DNA of 64,000 nucleotides from a bacterium (GCA_963674965.2 CAXXFL010000003.1:384001-448000), one strand, 5' to 3'; positions 48,137-58,363 are shown, counted from the stretch's first letter. The notes: generated by a model not told the origin, from the letters alone. Numbers and translations are program-made.

Positions 48137-48373
48137 TTATTTTATTTCCCGGCCTTTGCGCCCGTCTCCGGAATAAAGAGTGATCCGGATGCCGCTTTTT
48201 AGCTTTTTATTCCGGCTCGGGCAAGAAGGGCAAGGATTGTTAACGAGAAACTCCCGCGCCTCCTTCAGGCGGCTGGGCGGAAGAGGGGCCGAACCGCGAG
48301 CGTCTTTGTCCTCGAGGTCGCATCCGCCGATTACGAACCTGGCCACCGTCTTGCCGTCCTTTTCCTCGATCAT
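48137..48373 (-). CDS. Small hypothetical protein (78 aa) with a CPSC motif
   Basis: GAGGAG SD before ATG 48373; ends at the terminator. Confidence 0.5.
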   Translation of the reverse strand: MIEEKDGKTVARFVIGGCDLEDKDARGSAPLPPSRLKEAREFLVNNPCPSCPSRNKKLKSGIRITLYSGDGRKGREIK

Positions 48374-48807
48374 GCCTCGTCTCCTCGAGCCGGACCCGAC
48401 GCCGGGCCCCGCCGATTGTGGCGCCAATTTCGAGAATCTCTTTGCACCCGCGCAAAAACAATAGCGCCCAAAAATAAGATACCCGTTAGATAAGGGCGAT
48501 CATTTCGCGAAAATGTATCTCCCCATCTTTTCTTCCTGGAAAATTACTCCGCATTATCCGTGCCTTATCAAACCTTCGCCCTTGTGCCCAAAATATTTGG
48601 GTCCTTTGGCCCCGGCTTTCGGGCCATCTTTTCCATTCCTTCGCGTTTCTTCGGTTCAATTTCCGGGCCAACCTTGCAGGGAGGCGGCGGTCCTTAAAAA
48701 CGCCGCGCCTTCTCCCCCTCGTTTTGCGCCGGGGGAGGATGCCGGTAAAATATGCTCACGGGGGCCCCATGGCCCCTTTCATTCGGGGCTAAAGGGAGGA
48801 CACGAAC

Positions 48808-49806
48808 ATGCTGGTAGTGATGAAACGGGGCGCGACCGACTCGGAGATAAAGGCGGTGGTCGATCTGATCGAGGGAATGAAGCTCCGGGCCGTGCCCATG
48901 CCCGGGTCGCAGCGCACGGCCGTTTGCGTTCTCGGGAACGAGGGCCCCCTCGAGGCGAGCCGGTTCCTGGTCATGCCGGGGGTCAAGGACGCCATCCCCG
49001 TAAGCAAGCCCTACAAGCTGGTCAGCCGCGAGAGCTGCCCCGAGCCCACCCGGATCGAGGTGGGCGGCGCCGTCATCGGCGGTCCCGAGCTCGAGATCAT
49101 GGCCGGGCCCTGCGCGGTCGAAAGTCTCGAGCAGTGCATGGCCATCGCCGAGTCCGTCAAGAAGGCCGGGGCCAGGATATTCCGGGGCGGCGCCTACAAG
49201 CCCCGCACCTCGCCCTACAGCTTCCAGGGGCTGGGGGAGGAGGGCCTGAAAATCCTCGCCGCCGTAAGGGAGGAGCACGGCCTGGCCGTTATAACCGAGG
49301 CCCTGGACCACGACGTCATATCCGCGGTGGCCAGGTACGCGGACATAGTACAGATAGGAACGCGCAACATGCAGAACTACAGCCTCCTGCGCGCCGCCGG
49401 ACGCTGCGGCAAGCCCGTCATGCTCAAGCGCGGAATGTCCGCCACCGTCGAGGAATGGCTCATGGCCGCCGAGTACATCATGAGCGAGGGAAACCGCGAG
49501 GTCATCCTCTGCGAAAGGGGCGTGAGGACCTTCGGAGACCACTCGAGAAACACCCTCGACCTCTCCGCCGTGCTCGCCGTCAAGCGACTGTCGCACCTGC
49601 CCGTCATCGTCGACCCCAGCCACGCCGCCGGAAGAAGGGACATGGTCGCCCCCCTCGCCAAGGCCGCCGCCGTCATCGGCGCCGACGGACTCATGATCGA
49701 GGTCCACAACCAACCCGAAAAAGCCCTCTCCGACGGGCCCCAGTCCCTCTACCCCGAGCAGTTCATAAAACTGAGCGAGGAGTTGAAAGAACTGGCCGGG
49801 AAATGA
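48808..49806 (+). CDS. aroF: 3-deoxy-7-phosphoheptulonate (DAHP) synthase, type I-beta
   Basis: AGPCAVES, RGGAYKPRTSPYSFQG, QIGTRNMQN, LCERG, DPSH, LSDGPQSL. Confidence 0.96.
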   Translation: MLVVMKRGATDSEIKAVVDLIEGMKLRAVPMPGSQRTAVCVLGNEGPLEASRFLVMPGVKDAIPVSKPYKLVSRESCPEPTRIEVGGAVIGGPELEIMAGPCAVESLEQCMAIAESVKKAGARIFRGGAYKPRTSPYSFQGLGEEGLKILAAVREEHGLAVITEALDHDVISAVARYADIVQIGTRNMQNYSLLRAAGRCGKPVMLKRGMSATVEEWLMAAEYIMSEGNREVILCERGVRTFGDHSRNTLDLSAVLAVKRLSHLPVIVDPSHAAGRRDMVAPLAKAAAVIGADGLMIEVHNQPEKALSDGPQSLYPEQFIKLSEELKELAGK

Positions 49807-50436
49807 CTGAGCCATGACCGGGCCAATCGCTCAACTAATTTATCTTTCTTTTCTCGACGCGAGCGCAAAATTAGTAAATATCTATTATTTCTTTTAAATG
49901 GAATATGATTATACCATGGATAATATTGAATGGCCCCCGCTTTATAAGCGGATAAATTGAGTCAATTAACAAAAAATTATCTTGACAAGAATTTTGATTT
50001 GTTCTATTAATAGCCGCAACAGGGAGATAATTGTGGGGGTCAACCTGAAAAGGACCGAGTAGTTTCGGTGGAAGGAAAAAGATTATCTATATTTTTCCGT
50101 AATCGCATTATTACCGACCTTTTTTCAATTCATTAATATTTTTAGCTTACGGTTAAGCAGCCGCTTTTATTAGCGGCGCCGCTTGCCCTGATGGGACTTT
50201 CCCTATTCGTGGCTTGGCTGGAATTGTATCCAGCCAAGCGCTTACCCCCCTTTTGTCATTCAATATTTACCAAACAAACCGATCGATTTTTTATTGAGAG
50301 ATATTACGCGCTTTGTTCAATTCAATAAAGCGCCGTTAAGGAGGTGGCAAGCGTCAGGTATCAAGGTATCCATTAGAAAAAGGTAAAGGCGTCACGTAGT
50401 ACAACTTTCACTTATCCCGTATTAAAGGAGGAAAAA

Positions 50437-52284
50437 ATGAAAAAAGCATTCTTCATCTCTATGGCGTTTTTGTTCGTCGCGGCCGCGTTGGCTTCCTCTC
50501 CGGCCAGGGCCGATGTAAATTCCTGCGTCGGTATCGACCCCATTCCCATCCTCGAAACTCTAAGACAAGAGATAATAGACGCCCCGGTTCCCTCTTCATT
50601 GAATCCCCTGGCAAGATTTATCATGCGAATAAAAAGAAATTTTCTACTAGGCCTCGATCAGGCGGCTCAAAACGCCTTTGAAGCTGAAAATTGCGATCAG
50701 GCTTTCCAACTGGTCCAATTTATGCGCGGTCTGATCCCGATCGGACAGTGGCCCGAGCAGGCGGTCAAAGACGGGTGGATCGGATATCTTGACCTGCTTC
50801 TTGACGCTGACTGCCGAAATCTCCTGCCTCCCCTGCCAGGGTCCTTTTACCTGGGGTCCCCCACTGGAAGATACGTGCCCACGGAAACTGACCTGTACAT
50901 CGTCACCAGTTATATACTTGGCAATCCGATCGATTTCGGATGCGGCGTTGTGCCGAACGACCCTATGGTCCTCGACGTAAATGGAAACGGTATAGTCGAC
51001 CCTCCCGACCTTGCAGAAACACAGTACCTGAATCACTGCTCCATCAATCCCCACGGTTATTTCGGGAAAGTAGGGAACATCGCGCCGCTCCCCACCAATC
51101 CCGACAACGTCAACTCATCGGAGCAGGTCCCCATCGGCGTCTCGGTCGCGACCTTGGATTTCTTCGGTGATGGCGGATCGCCCAGAAGCGGCGTGGGCGT
51201 GGTATACACCATATTGGAGAGCACCCTCGCGGAAGGCTGCGTCTCGCTCTCGGGCCGTGACCCAAGCCCCGACGTGAACGGAGACGTCGTGCAGAACGTG
51301 GCCGGACTCGAGGCCATGGGAATAAGCGAGTTCGGCGTTTCCTCCGTGGACATGGACGTGGACGCCGCGTGCCTGGACGCCGGATGGGTGTTGATCAAGG
51401 CCTGCGTGGAAACGGACAATCCCATCTCGGAGTACTACAATGAGGATTACGATCAACCCGAGTACCTGGAGTCCTGTCCCCAGGCCCTCAGCAAGCAGCC
51501 TGAGGTAATCTGTACGGACATAGCGGTCAGCGTCAATGAGCCGGCCGTGGGACTGCCTCCCCCGCTTCCAGGCAACTTCTATCTCGGGAGTCCAACCGGC
51601 GGCTACACGCCAACCGCCGCGGATATAGACATAATAAGGAGCTATGTCCTGGCCACGCCCGTGCCCTTCGGCCAAGACAACCTCGTGCCCGATGACGACC
51701 CCAAGGTACTGGACGTGAACGGCAACGGTATTATCGATCCTCCCGACATAGCCTACGCTCAATATATGTCTTATTGCGCCAGCCGTCCCGTCGGCTATGA
51801 CGGGCAGGTGGGGTCCATTGACTGGCTCGCTTCCAACCCCGTCTCCCTGGCCTGGGGAGAAGTCGCGGCCATTGGCGCCGACCTCAGGTCCGACACCTAC
51901 CTGGCCAGCCCCAGGGGAGGGGCCACTCCCGTGTTCAGCATCGTAAGCGATGAGACCGGCTGCGCCCACCTGGTCGGACTCGATCCCGTCCCCGACCCGG
52001 CCGGGCCGCACGTCCAGCCGGCCGCCGGCGACAGGGTCATGGCCGTCAGTCAGTCGGATGGAATTGAGGGAGCGGCGGAGGTCACCCTGGTGATCGATCC
52101 CGCCTGCCAAAACACCGGCGACGTGGTCATAGGAGTCATGGTCCCCAACGATTACCCCGACGGGGGACACGACTGGTCGGAACTCTATAACGACGCGGTC
52201 TACCAAGATACCTGCCAAATGATCGACGGAAAGCAGGTCTTCGACGTTCCCATGATTACCCAGACAATACGCGTCACTGAATAA
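50437..52284 (+). CDS. Secreted protein with two ~245-aa internal repeats, each carrying a dockerin/EF-hand-like DxNGNG loop
   Basis: Signal peptide ending ARA-D. PPLPG.FYLGSPTG...VLDVNGNGI.DPPD occurs twice (about 50821 and 51553). Confidence 0.8.
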   Translation: MKKAFFISMAFLFVAAALASSPARADVNSCVGIDPIPILETLRQEIIDAPVPSSLNPLARFIMRIKRNFLLGLDQAAQNAFEAENCDQAFQLVQFMRGLIPIGQWPEQAVKDGWIGYLDLLLDADCRNLLPPLPGSFYLGSPTGRYVPTETDLYIVTSYILGNPIDFGCGVVPNDPMVLDVNGNGIVDPPDLAETQYLNHCSINPHGYFGKVGNIAPLPTNPDNVNSSEQVPIGVSVATLDFFGDGGSPRSGVGVVYTILESTLAEGCVSLSGRDPSPDVNGDVVQNVAGLEAMGISEFGVSSVDMDVDAACLDAGWVLIKACVETDNPISEYYNEDYDQPEYLESCPQALSKQPEVICTDIAVSVNEPAVGLPPPLPGNFYLGSPTGGYTPTAADIDIIRSYVLATPVPFGQDNLVPDDDPKVLDVNGNGIIDPPDIAYAQYMSYCASRPVGYDGQVGSIDWLASNPVSLAWGEVAAIGADLRSDTYLASPRGGATPVFSIVSDETGCAHLVGLDPVPDPAGPHVQPAAGDRVMAVSQSDGIEGAAEVTLVIDPACQNTGDVVIGVMVPNDYPDGGHDWSELYNDAVYQDTCQMIDGKQVFDVPMITQTIRVTE

Positions 52285-52316
52285 AACGCTAAAGCGTTGA
52301 ATCTTTAGCGCCGACG

Positions 52317-52358
52317 GCGGGCCTCAAGCCATCGATATGGTGGGAGGCCCGCTTTCTT
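52317..52358 (+). terminator. Probable intrinsic terminator
   Basis: GCGGGCCTC...GAGGCCCGC followed by TTTCTTT. Confidence 0.6.
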
Positions 52359-52513
52359 TATGGCCATTATTGATTATGGGAGGACTTCATCCGTTTTATC
52401 CAGAGCTATTCTTTTTGGGGAAAGTAAGAGGCATCGGTAGGTTTTGGACTTTCCCGCGGGGGCGGGGCGTGTTAGTGTTGGAGGGACGGGCGGGTTGCCT
52501 TGTGGGGGTGTTT

Positions 52514-53461
52514 ATGAGTGAGGGTCCGATAAAGATCGCGATAGTTGGTCCGGGGGCGATGGGTTGTCTTTTCGCGTCGCTTTTGTCGGGCGATGGCCGT
52601 GAGGTCTGGATACTGGACCATCGTCCCGAGCGGGCGGCCCTTATAAACGAGCGTGGCGTCACGGTGGAGAGCGCGGGCAAGGAGAGGACCTCGAGGGTCC
52701 GGGCGTCCGGCGACGCCTCGGAGATAGGGCCGTGCCGTCTGGCGATCTTTTGCGTGAAGTCGGGCGACACGGAGTCGGCGGCGCGGTCGGCTTCGCCGCT
52801 TGTGGGTCCGGGCACGGACGCGCTGAGTCTCCAGAACGGCCTTGGCAACGTCGAGGTCCTGGAGGCGGCCTTCGGCGACGGGCGGACCCTGGGCGGAACG
52901 ACGGCGCAGGGGGCGAACCTCATCGGTCCCGGCCGGGCGCGTCACGCGGGGTTCGGCGAGACGGTGATAGGCCAGCCGGGGGGCGGCGTGGACAGGGCGG
53001 AGGCGGCGGCCCGGATTTTCCGCGAGTGCGGGATCGAGACGCGGGTGACGGACGACCTGGCGGGCCTTATCTGGAGCAAGCTAGCGATCAACGCGGCCAT
53101 CAACCCTCTTACCGCGCTTCTTAACGTGAACAACGGCTTTTTGGCCGAATGCCCCGAGACGCTCGAGCTCATGCGGCTGGCGGCGGGGGAGGTCAAGGCG
53201 GTATGCGACAAGGAGGGGATCAGGCTATTGTTCGACGACCCCTTCCAGAAGGCGGCGGCCGTGGCGCGGGCCACCTCGGCCAACGTCTCGAGCATGCTCC
53301 AGGACGTCCGGGCGGGGCGTCCCACTGAAATAGGCCGCATCAGCGGGGCGGCGGCCGAGCGGGCGAAGGCGGCTGGTCTCGATGCCCCCGTCAACCGCGC
53401 TCTATATCTTTTGGTCAAGGCGCTGGAGCGCTCGTATGGGGGCGGCGGAGGAAAACTTTAA
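52514..53461 (+). CDS. panE: 2-dehydropantoate 2-reductase
   Basis: IAIVGPGAMG, VKS, LQNGLG, WSKLAINAAINPLTAL, SSMLQD..GRPTEI. Confidence 0.93.
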   Translation: MSEGPIKIAIVGPGAMGCLFASLLSGDGREVWILDHRPERAALINERGVTVESAGKERTSRVRASGDASEIGPCRLAIFCVKSGDTESAARSASPLVGPGTDALSLQNGLGNVEVLEAAFGDGRTLGGTTAQGANLIGPGRARHAGFGETVIGQPGGGVDRAEAAARIFRECGIETRVTDDLAGLIWSKLAINAAINPLTALLNVNNGFLAECPETLELMRLAAGEVKAVCDKEGIRLLFDDPFQKAAAVARATSANVSSMLQDVRAGRPTEIGRISGAAAERAKAAGLDAPVNRALYLLVKALERSYGGGGGKL

Positions 53462-53598
53462 ATCGCGTTTGTGATCTTGAGTCAATTTATCTACAATATA
53501 GCCGACGTTATAAATAGCTTATTTAACAAGACGGAAAAAAGGACGGGGTCTCGAGGTCCCCGCCGTTTATAGCGACTAATAAATCGGGAGAGCAGGCA

Positions 53599-54165
53599 AT
53601 GTCAGCGTCATCGGGGAAGATCGTTCTCTACATTGACAACTCGAACATATTCAGGGGCTGCAAGAAATCCGGGTGGAGGCCCAGTTACAAGAAGGTAACG
53701 GATTATCTGGAGGACGCGGAGGGCCACATCTGGGACGTACATTTTTTCGCCTCCGAGCAGGACGTGCCCCGCGAGAAGCAGTCCCGTTTTTACAAGGCCC
53801 TCCAGCAGGACCTGGGTTTTCAGGTCCACACCTACAAGCTGGCCCACCGCAAGGTCATCTGTCCCAAGTGCGGGCAGGAGGAATGGGTCCCCACCGAAAA
53901 GGGCGTGGACGTGGGCCTGGTCACCCAGCTTATGAAGGACCTTAGAAACGACGCCTTCGACACGGCCCTGGTCATGAGCTCGGACCGCGACTACCTGGAC
54001 GCGGTGCTGGACGTTCGCGACGCGGGGCGGAAGGTGAAGATCATCGCCTGGCGCTGGACCCTTCCCCAGGAGGTGATCTCCCTTTGCCGGGACAGGAACG
54101 TGAATCTGATATTCCTGGAGGATTACCAGGAACAGTTCGAGAAACCCCAGGGCGACGTGCTCTAA
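53599..54165 (+). CDS. NYN (LabA/DUF88, PIN-like) domain protein with a CxxC insert
   Basis: YIDNSN, EKGVDV, SSDRDY; CPKCG. Confidence 0.88.
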   Translation: MSASSGKIVLYIDNSNIFRGCKKSGWRPSYKKVTDYLEDAEGHIWDVHFFASEQDVPREKQSRFYKALQQDLGFQVHTYKLAHRKVICPKCGQEEWVPTEKGVDVGLVTQLMKDLRNDAFDTALVMSSDRDYLDAVLDVRDAGRKVKIIAWRWTLPQEVISLCRDRNVNLIFLEDYQEQFEKPQGDVL

Positions 54166-54226
54166 GGAAAGGCCGCCGCCGGCCGGGCGCGCCGCTCCTC
54201 CCGCCGGACGCCTCGAGAAATTCGCC

Positions 54227-56194
54227 ATGATAAAGCTTGTAGACGTTAACATCACTTATGGGGACCGCCCCGTGCTCGGCGGCGTAAGCTGGACCCTCGC
54301 TCCCACCGACCGGGTGGCCCTGGTGGGGGAGAACGGCTCGGGCAAGAGCACCCTCTTGAAAATACTGGCCGGCGTCCAGGAATACGACCGGGGCGCCCGT
54401 GAGATATCCAAGAACCTCCAGGTGGGCTACCTTCCTCAAGAGGGCGTGACCCACGCGGGCCGGACCCTCGAGAAGGAGGCCCGGCTGGCCCTCGAGCCCA
54501 TCCTTGATCTCGAGCGGGAGTCCAGGTCCATCCAGGCCAGGCTGGACGACCCTTCCCTCGGGGACGACCAAAGGCTGGACCTTATCCAGCGCATGAGCGA
54601 CCTGATGGACGAGTTCGGACTGCGCGGAGGCTACGAGGTCGACGCCGAGGTCTCGAGGGTGCTGGCGGGACTGGGCTTCGCCGAGGAGGAAAAGGACCGG
54701 CCGGTCGAGACCTTTTCCGGCGGCTGGCAGATGCGGATCGCCCTGGCCAAGATACTCCTTTCCAAGCCCGACGTGCTTTTGCTCGACGAGCCCACCAACC
54801 ACCTGGACCTCGAGGCCAGGAACTGGCTCGAGGAGTTCCTCCGCCAGCGGGACCACTCGTACCTGATCGTGTCCCACGACCGCTTCTTCATCGACCAGAC
54901 GGTGGACAAGATAGTCGAGGTGGACCAGGGACGACTGATCGATTACCGGGGCAACTACTCCCACTTCCAGGAGGAAAAGGAAAAACGTATCCAACTCGCC
55001 CAGGCCGCCTATGACAAGCAACAGCTCGAGATAAAAAGACTCAATACCTTCATCGCCAAAAACAAATGCGATAAAAAGAGAGCGGGCCAGGTGCACGCCC
55101 GCATGAAGATGCTCGAGCGGATCGATCCCCTCGATCCGCCCCGGCGAACGTCCACCGTGCGCTTTCGCTTTCCCCCCTCCCCGAGGGGGCCGGAGGAGGT
55201 CTTGAGGGCGGAGGGCCTGGCTAAGGGCTACGGCGACAAGGAGGTCCTCAAAGGGGTGGACCTCGCCCTCTTCCGCGGCGAGAAAGCGGCGGTGGTGGGC
55301 GTGAACGGGGCGGGCAAATCGACCCTGCTCGACTCGCTGGCGGGGGCCAAGAAGATCGACTCCGGCGAGATCAAGATCGGCGAGGGCGTGCAAATGGCCT
55401 ACTTCGGGCAGGGCGCGGGCGAGGACCTGCCGGGTGGGGACACGGTCCTCGAGGCCATCGAGCGGGGGGCGCCGGTGGACGTTTTTCCCCGGCTCCGTAA
55501 CCTTCTCGGCGCTTTCCTTTTCAGCGGGGAGGACGTGGACAAAAAGGTGTCCGTTTTATCGGGCGGCGAGAAGAGCCGGCTGGCCCTGGCCCGCCTGCTC
55601 TTAAAGCCGACCAATTTGATCCTGCTCGACGAGCCGACCAACCACCTTGACCTGCGGGCCAAGGAGGTCCTGATGGACGCCTTTCGGAACTACGAGGGCA
55701 CGCTCCTTTTCGTGGCTCACGACCGCTATTTCCTCGAGGACCTGCCGGACCGTATAATCGAGGTGAACGACGGCCGCCTCAGGAGTTACCCGGGCGACTA
55801 CACGGACTACCTTCTGGCCAAGGAGAGGGAGGAAGCCGCGATGATCGAGGCGCAAAAGGTCGGCAAAAAGGGCGGCAAGAAAAAGGCCGCTCCCCCCCCT
55901 CCCGCTCCCTCCCGCGAAAAAAAAGACAAGGAGACTGACAAGCGCGAGCGCATGAAAAGGCGGGATGAGGAGAAGAAGAGGCTCCGCGAGGAGCGGAAGC
56001 TGCAAAAGAGGATGGACGATCTCGAGCGCGAGATAACCGAGACGGAGACCGCCATCGAGGAGATCGAGGCGCGCATGGCCTCGCCCAAAGTGGCGAGCGA
56101 TTACGTCGAGCTTCTGGACCTGGAGAAGGAAAAGAAGCGGCTGACGAAAAAGGTCGAGACTCTTATAAAGGAATGGGAGGGACTCGGCCGATAA
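54227..56194 (+). CDS. ABC-F family ATP-binding protein
   Basis: Two ABC domains (GENGSGKST/SGGW/LDEPTNHLD and GVNGAGKST/LSGGE), no TM segments, C-terminal coiled coil. Confidence 0.95.
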   Translation: MIKLVDVNITYGDRPVLGGVSWTLAPTDRVALVGENGSGKSTLLKILAGVQEYDRGAREISKNLQVGYLPQEGVTHAGRTLEKEARLALEPILDLERESRSIQARLDDPSLGDDQRLDLIQRMSDLMDEFGLRGGYEVDAEVSRVLAGLGFAEEEKDRPVETFSGGWQMRIALAKILLSKPDVLLLDEPTNHLDLEARNWLEEFLRQRDHSYLIVSHDRFFIDQTVDKIVEVDQGRLIDYRGNYSHFQEEKEKRIQLAQAAYDKQQLEIKRLNTFIAKNKCDKKRAGQVHARMKMLERIDPLDPPRRTSTVRFRFPPSPRGPEEVLRAEGLAKGYGDKEVLKGVDLALFRGEKAAVVGVNGAGKSTLLDSLAGAKKIDSGEIKIGEGVQMAYFGQGAGEDLPGGDTVLEAIERGAPVDVFPRLRNLLGAFLFSGEDVDKKVSVLSGGEKSRLALARLLLKPTNLILLDEPTNHLDLRAKEVLMDAFRNYEGTLLFVAHDRYFLEDLPDRIIEVNDGRLRSYPGDYTDYLLAKEREEAAMIEAQKVGKKGGKKKAAPPPPAPSREKKDKETDKRERMKRRDEEKKRLREERKLQKRMDDLEREITETETAIEEIEARMASPKVASDYVELLDLEKEKKRLTKKVETLIKEWEGLGR

Positions 56195-56226
56195 ATGTTA
56201 ACGACGGCTGACAAAGGGGTGAGTAA

Positions 56227-57066
56227 ATGGGCTGGTTCGAGGGCAAGACGGCGCTGGTCACGGGGGCCGGCAAGGAAAACGGCATAGGCTTCGCCATCGC
56301 TAGGCGTCTGGCCTCGGAGGGGGCGGACGTTATCGTGACGGACCTTTGCAAGGACATGTCCCAGGAGTTTCCGGGCTATTGCCGCACGGGCACGAGCGAG
56401 GAGGTCGAGGCCATCGCCGGGAAGCTAAGGGGCCTTGGGGTCCGCGCCCTGGCCCTTCCCCTGGACGTGACCGACCCCGAGTCCGTGGCCGGTTGCGCCG
56501 GGGCGGTGGCGGAGGAGTTCGGCAAGCTGGACATTCTCTGCAACAACGCGGGCGGGTCTCCCGGGCCCAACACGGTGCAGAACGTGGAGGAAAGGGCCTG
56601 GCAAAAGACCATGGACATCAACATCACCGGCACCTTCCGGACGTGCAAGGCCATGATCCCCCTCCTTCTGAAGGGAGGCCCGGGGGGCTCGATCGTCAAT
56701 ACTTCCTCCCGGGCGGGCAAGGTACCCCAGGCCTTCATGGCCTCCTACTGCACGGCCAAGGCCGCCGTCATCATGTTCACCAAGTGCCTGGCCAAGGAGA
56801 TGGCTTCCTCTGGCGTCAGGGTCAACTGCATCTGCCCGGGCCAGATCAAGACCGACCTGGGCCAGTGGGGATGGAACCTTCGGGCCTTCGCCTACCAGCA
56901 GACGAGCGAGGAGTTCGAGAAGACCCTGCAAAAGGAGATACCCCTGGGCAGGTACGGTTACCCCGAGGACTGCGCCAACGTGGTGGCCTGGCTGTGCTCG
57001 GAGCAGGCGGGGTTCCTTACCGGGCAGGCATTAAACGTCACCGGCGGACAGTTGATGGAACTGTAA
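56227..57066 (+). CDS. SDR family oxidoreductase
   Basis: LVTGAG..GIG, NNAG, YCTAK, RVNCICPG. Confidence 0.93.
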   Translation: MGWFEGKTALVTGAGKENGIGFAIARRLASEGADVIVTDLCKDMSQEFPGYCRTGTSEEVEAIAGKLRGLGVRALALPLDVTDPESVAGCAGAVAEEFGKLDILCNNAGGSPGPNTVQNVEERAWQKTMDINITGTFRTCKAMIPLLLKGGPGGSIVNTSSRAGKVPQAFMASYCTAKAAVIMFTKCLAKEMASSGVRVNCICPGQIKTDLGQWGWNLRAFAYQQTSEEFEKTLQKEIPLGRYGYPEDCANVVAWLCSEQAGFLTGQALNVTGGQLMEL

Positions 57067-57127
57067 AGGCGTACTATCATCCATGAATGGGGCGGCGGAC
57101 CGCCATTCAAAATCAAGGAGCCTCGAA

Positions 57128-58363
57128 TTGACGGATATCTCCATGAACCCGCGACTCAGAGTCGTTCCCGTTCCCGTCGAGATGAACGGAAAAAACATGC
57201 TCTTGTTCCAGGACCCCGACCAGGTGGTCGAGGAAGCCATAGTCATGCCCATCGAGGCGGCCATGATAGTCCAATACTTCGACGGGGCCATGAGCGTCCG
57301 GGAAATCCAGGAAGACCTCATGCGCAAGTCGGGCCAGCTCATCGACTCGATGATAATCCAGGAACTGGTGGACGAGCTCGACCAGCGCCTGATGCTGGAC
57401 TCGCCCCGTTTCCAGGCCCATATGAGAAAGCTGGGCGAGGAGTGGAGGCGGGAGCCGACGCGTCCGGCGTTTCACGCGGGTTCGGGCTACCCGGACGAGG
57501 AAAGGGAGCTTATCGAGTTCCTCGAGGCCTGCTATAGCGACCCCGAGGGGCCGGGACCGCTTCCCGACGCTCCCGACTCGGACGACCTCAAGGCCATCGT
57601 GGCGCCCCACATGGACGTCCGGGCCTCGGGCGCCGTCGTCGCCCACGCCTTTCACGCCCTGGTCCGCCGCTCGGAGGCGAGCCTGTTCGTCATCCTGGGC
57701 ACGGGGCACCAGGAGCCGCAAAGGATGTTCGTGCCCACGGACAAGGACTTCGAGACGCCGCTGGGCGTGGTCAAGACCGACCGCGAGCTTCTCGATCGAG
57801 TAAGCCGGCTGCGAAGAGACCGGAACCCCATGGACGACTACCTCCACAAAAAGGAGCACTCCATCGAGTTCATGACCCTCTTCCTCCAGCACGCCCTGCG
57901 GGGAAAAAGAGAATTCAAGATACTGCCCGTCCTCGTCTCGGGCATGTCGCCGTCGGTCATCAGCCGGACCTCGCCGGCGCTGGACCCGGCCTACAAGGAC
58001 TTCGTGAACGCCCTTAAAACGGCCCTTGCCGAGCGCGGCGAGAAGACCGCCTTCATCGTGGGCGCCGACCTGGCCCACCTCGGTCCAAGATACGGGGACA
58101 AGCAAACCTACGCGCCCGTCAGGATGGCAAAGGAGGAGGAGACCGACCGGGCCATGCTCGAGCCGCTGCTCACGGGCGACAAGGAAGGGTTTTTCAATTT
58201 CGTGGCCAAGGACGCCGACGCCAGGAAGATATGCGGGCTTCCGCCCACCTACGCCATGATGGGAATGGCGGACGTGGAAAAAGGAGAAAACCTCAAGTGG
58301 TCCTATTGGCACGACGAGACCACCAACTCGGTGGTCACCTTTACGTCCATGGCCTTTTACTGA
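57128..58363 (+). CDS. MEMO1-family protein (AmmeMemoRadiSam system protein B-like)
   Basis: HAGSGYP, IVAPH, ILGTGH, FETPLG, EHSIE, ADLAHLGPRYGD, ICG. TTG start at 57128 after AAGGAG (ATG 57083 or 57143 are alternatives). Confidence 0.88.
   Translation: MTDISMNPRLRVVPVPVEMNGKNMLLFQDPDQVVEEAIVMPIEAAMIVQYFDGAMSVREIQEDLMRKSGQLIDSMIIQELVDELDQRLMLDSPRFQAHMRKLGEEWRREPTRPAFHAGSGYPDEERELIEFLEACYSDPEGPGPLPDAPDSDDLKAIVAPHMDVRASGAVVAHAFHALVRRSEASLFVILGTGHQEPQRMFVPTDKDFETPLGVVKTDRELLDRVSRLRRDRNPMDDYLHKKEHSIEFMTLFLQHALRGKREFKILPVLVSGMSPSVISRTSPALDPAYKDFVNALKTALAERGEKTAFIVGADLAHLGPRYGDKQTYAPVRMAKEEETDRAMLEPLLTGDKEGFFNFVAKDADARKICGLPPTYAMMGMADVEKGENLKWSYWHDETTNSVVTFTSMAFY

Noticed and set aside
49820-50436. 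oriC call for the AT-rich intergenic region
   Set aside because: No consensus DnaA boxes (TTATCCACA) and no dnaA/dnaN/gidA context. It is kept only as an alternative in the skew finding.
57072-57085. Leaderless start at ATG 57083
   Set aside because: An in-frame TTG at 57128 has a well-spaced AAGGAG and is the simpler start.
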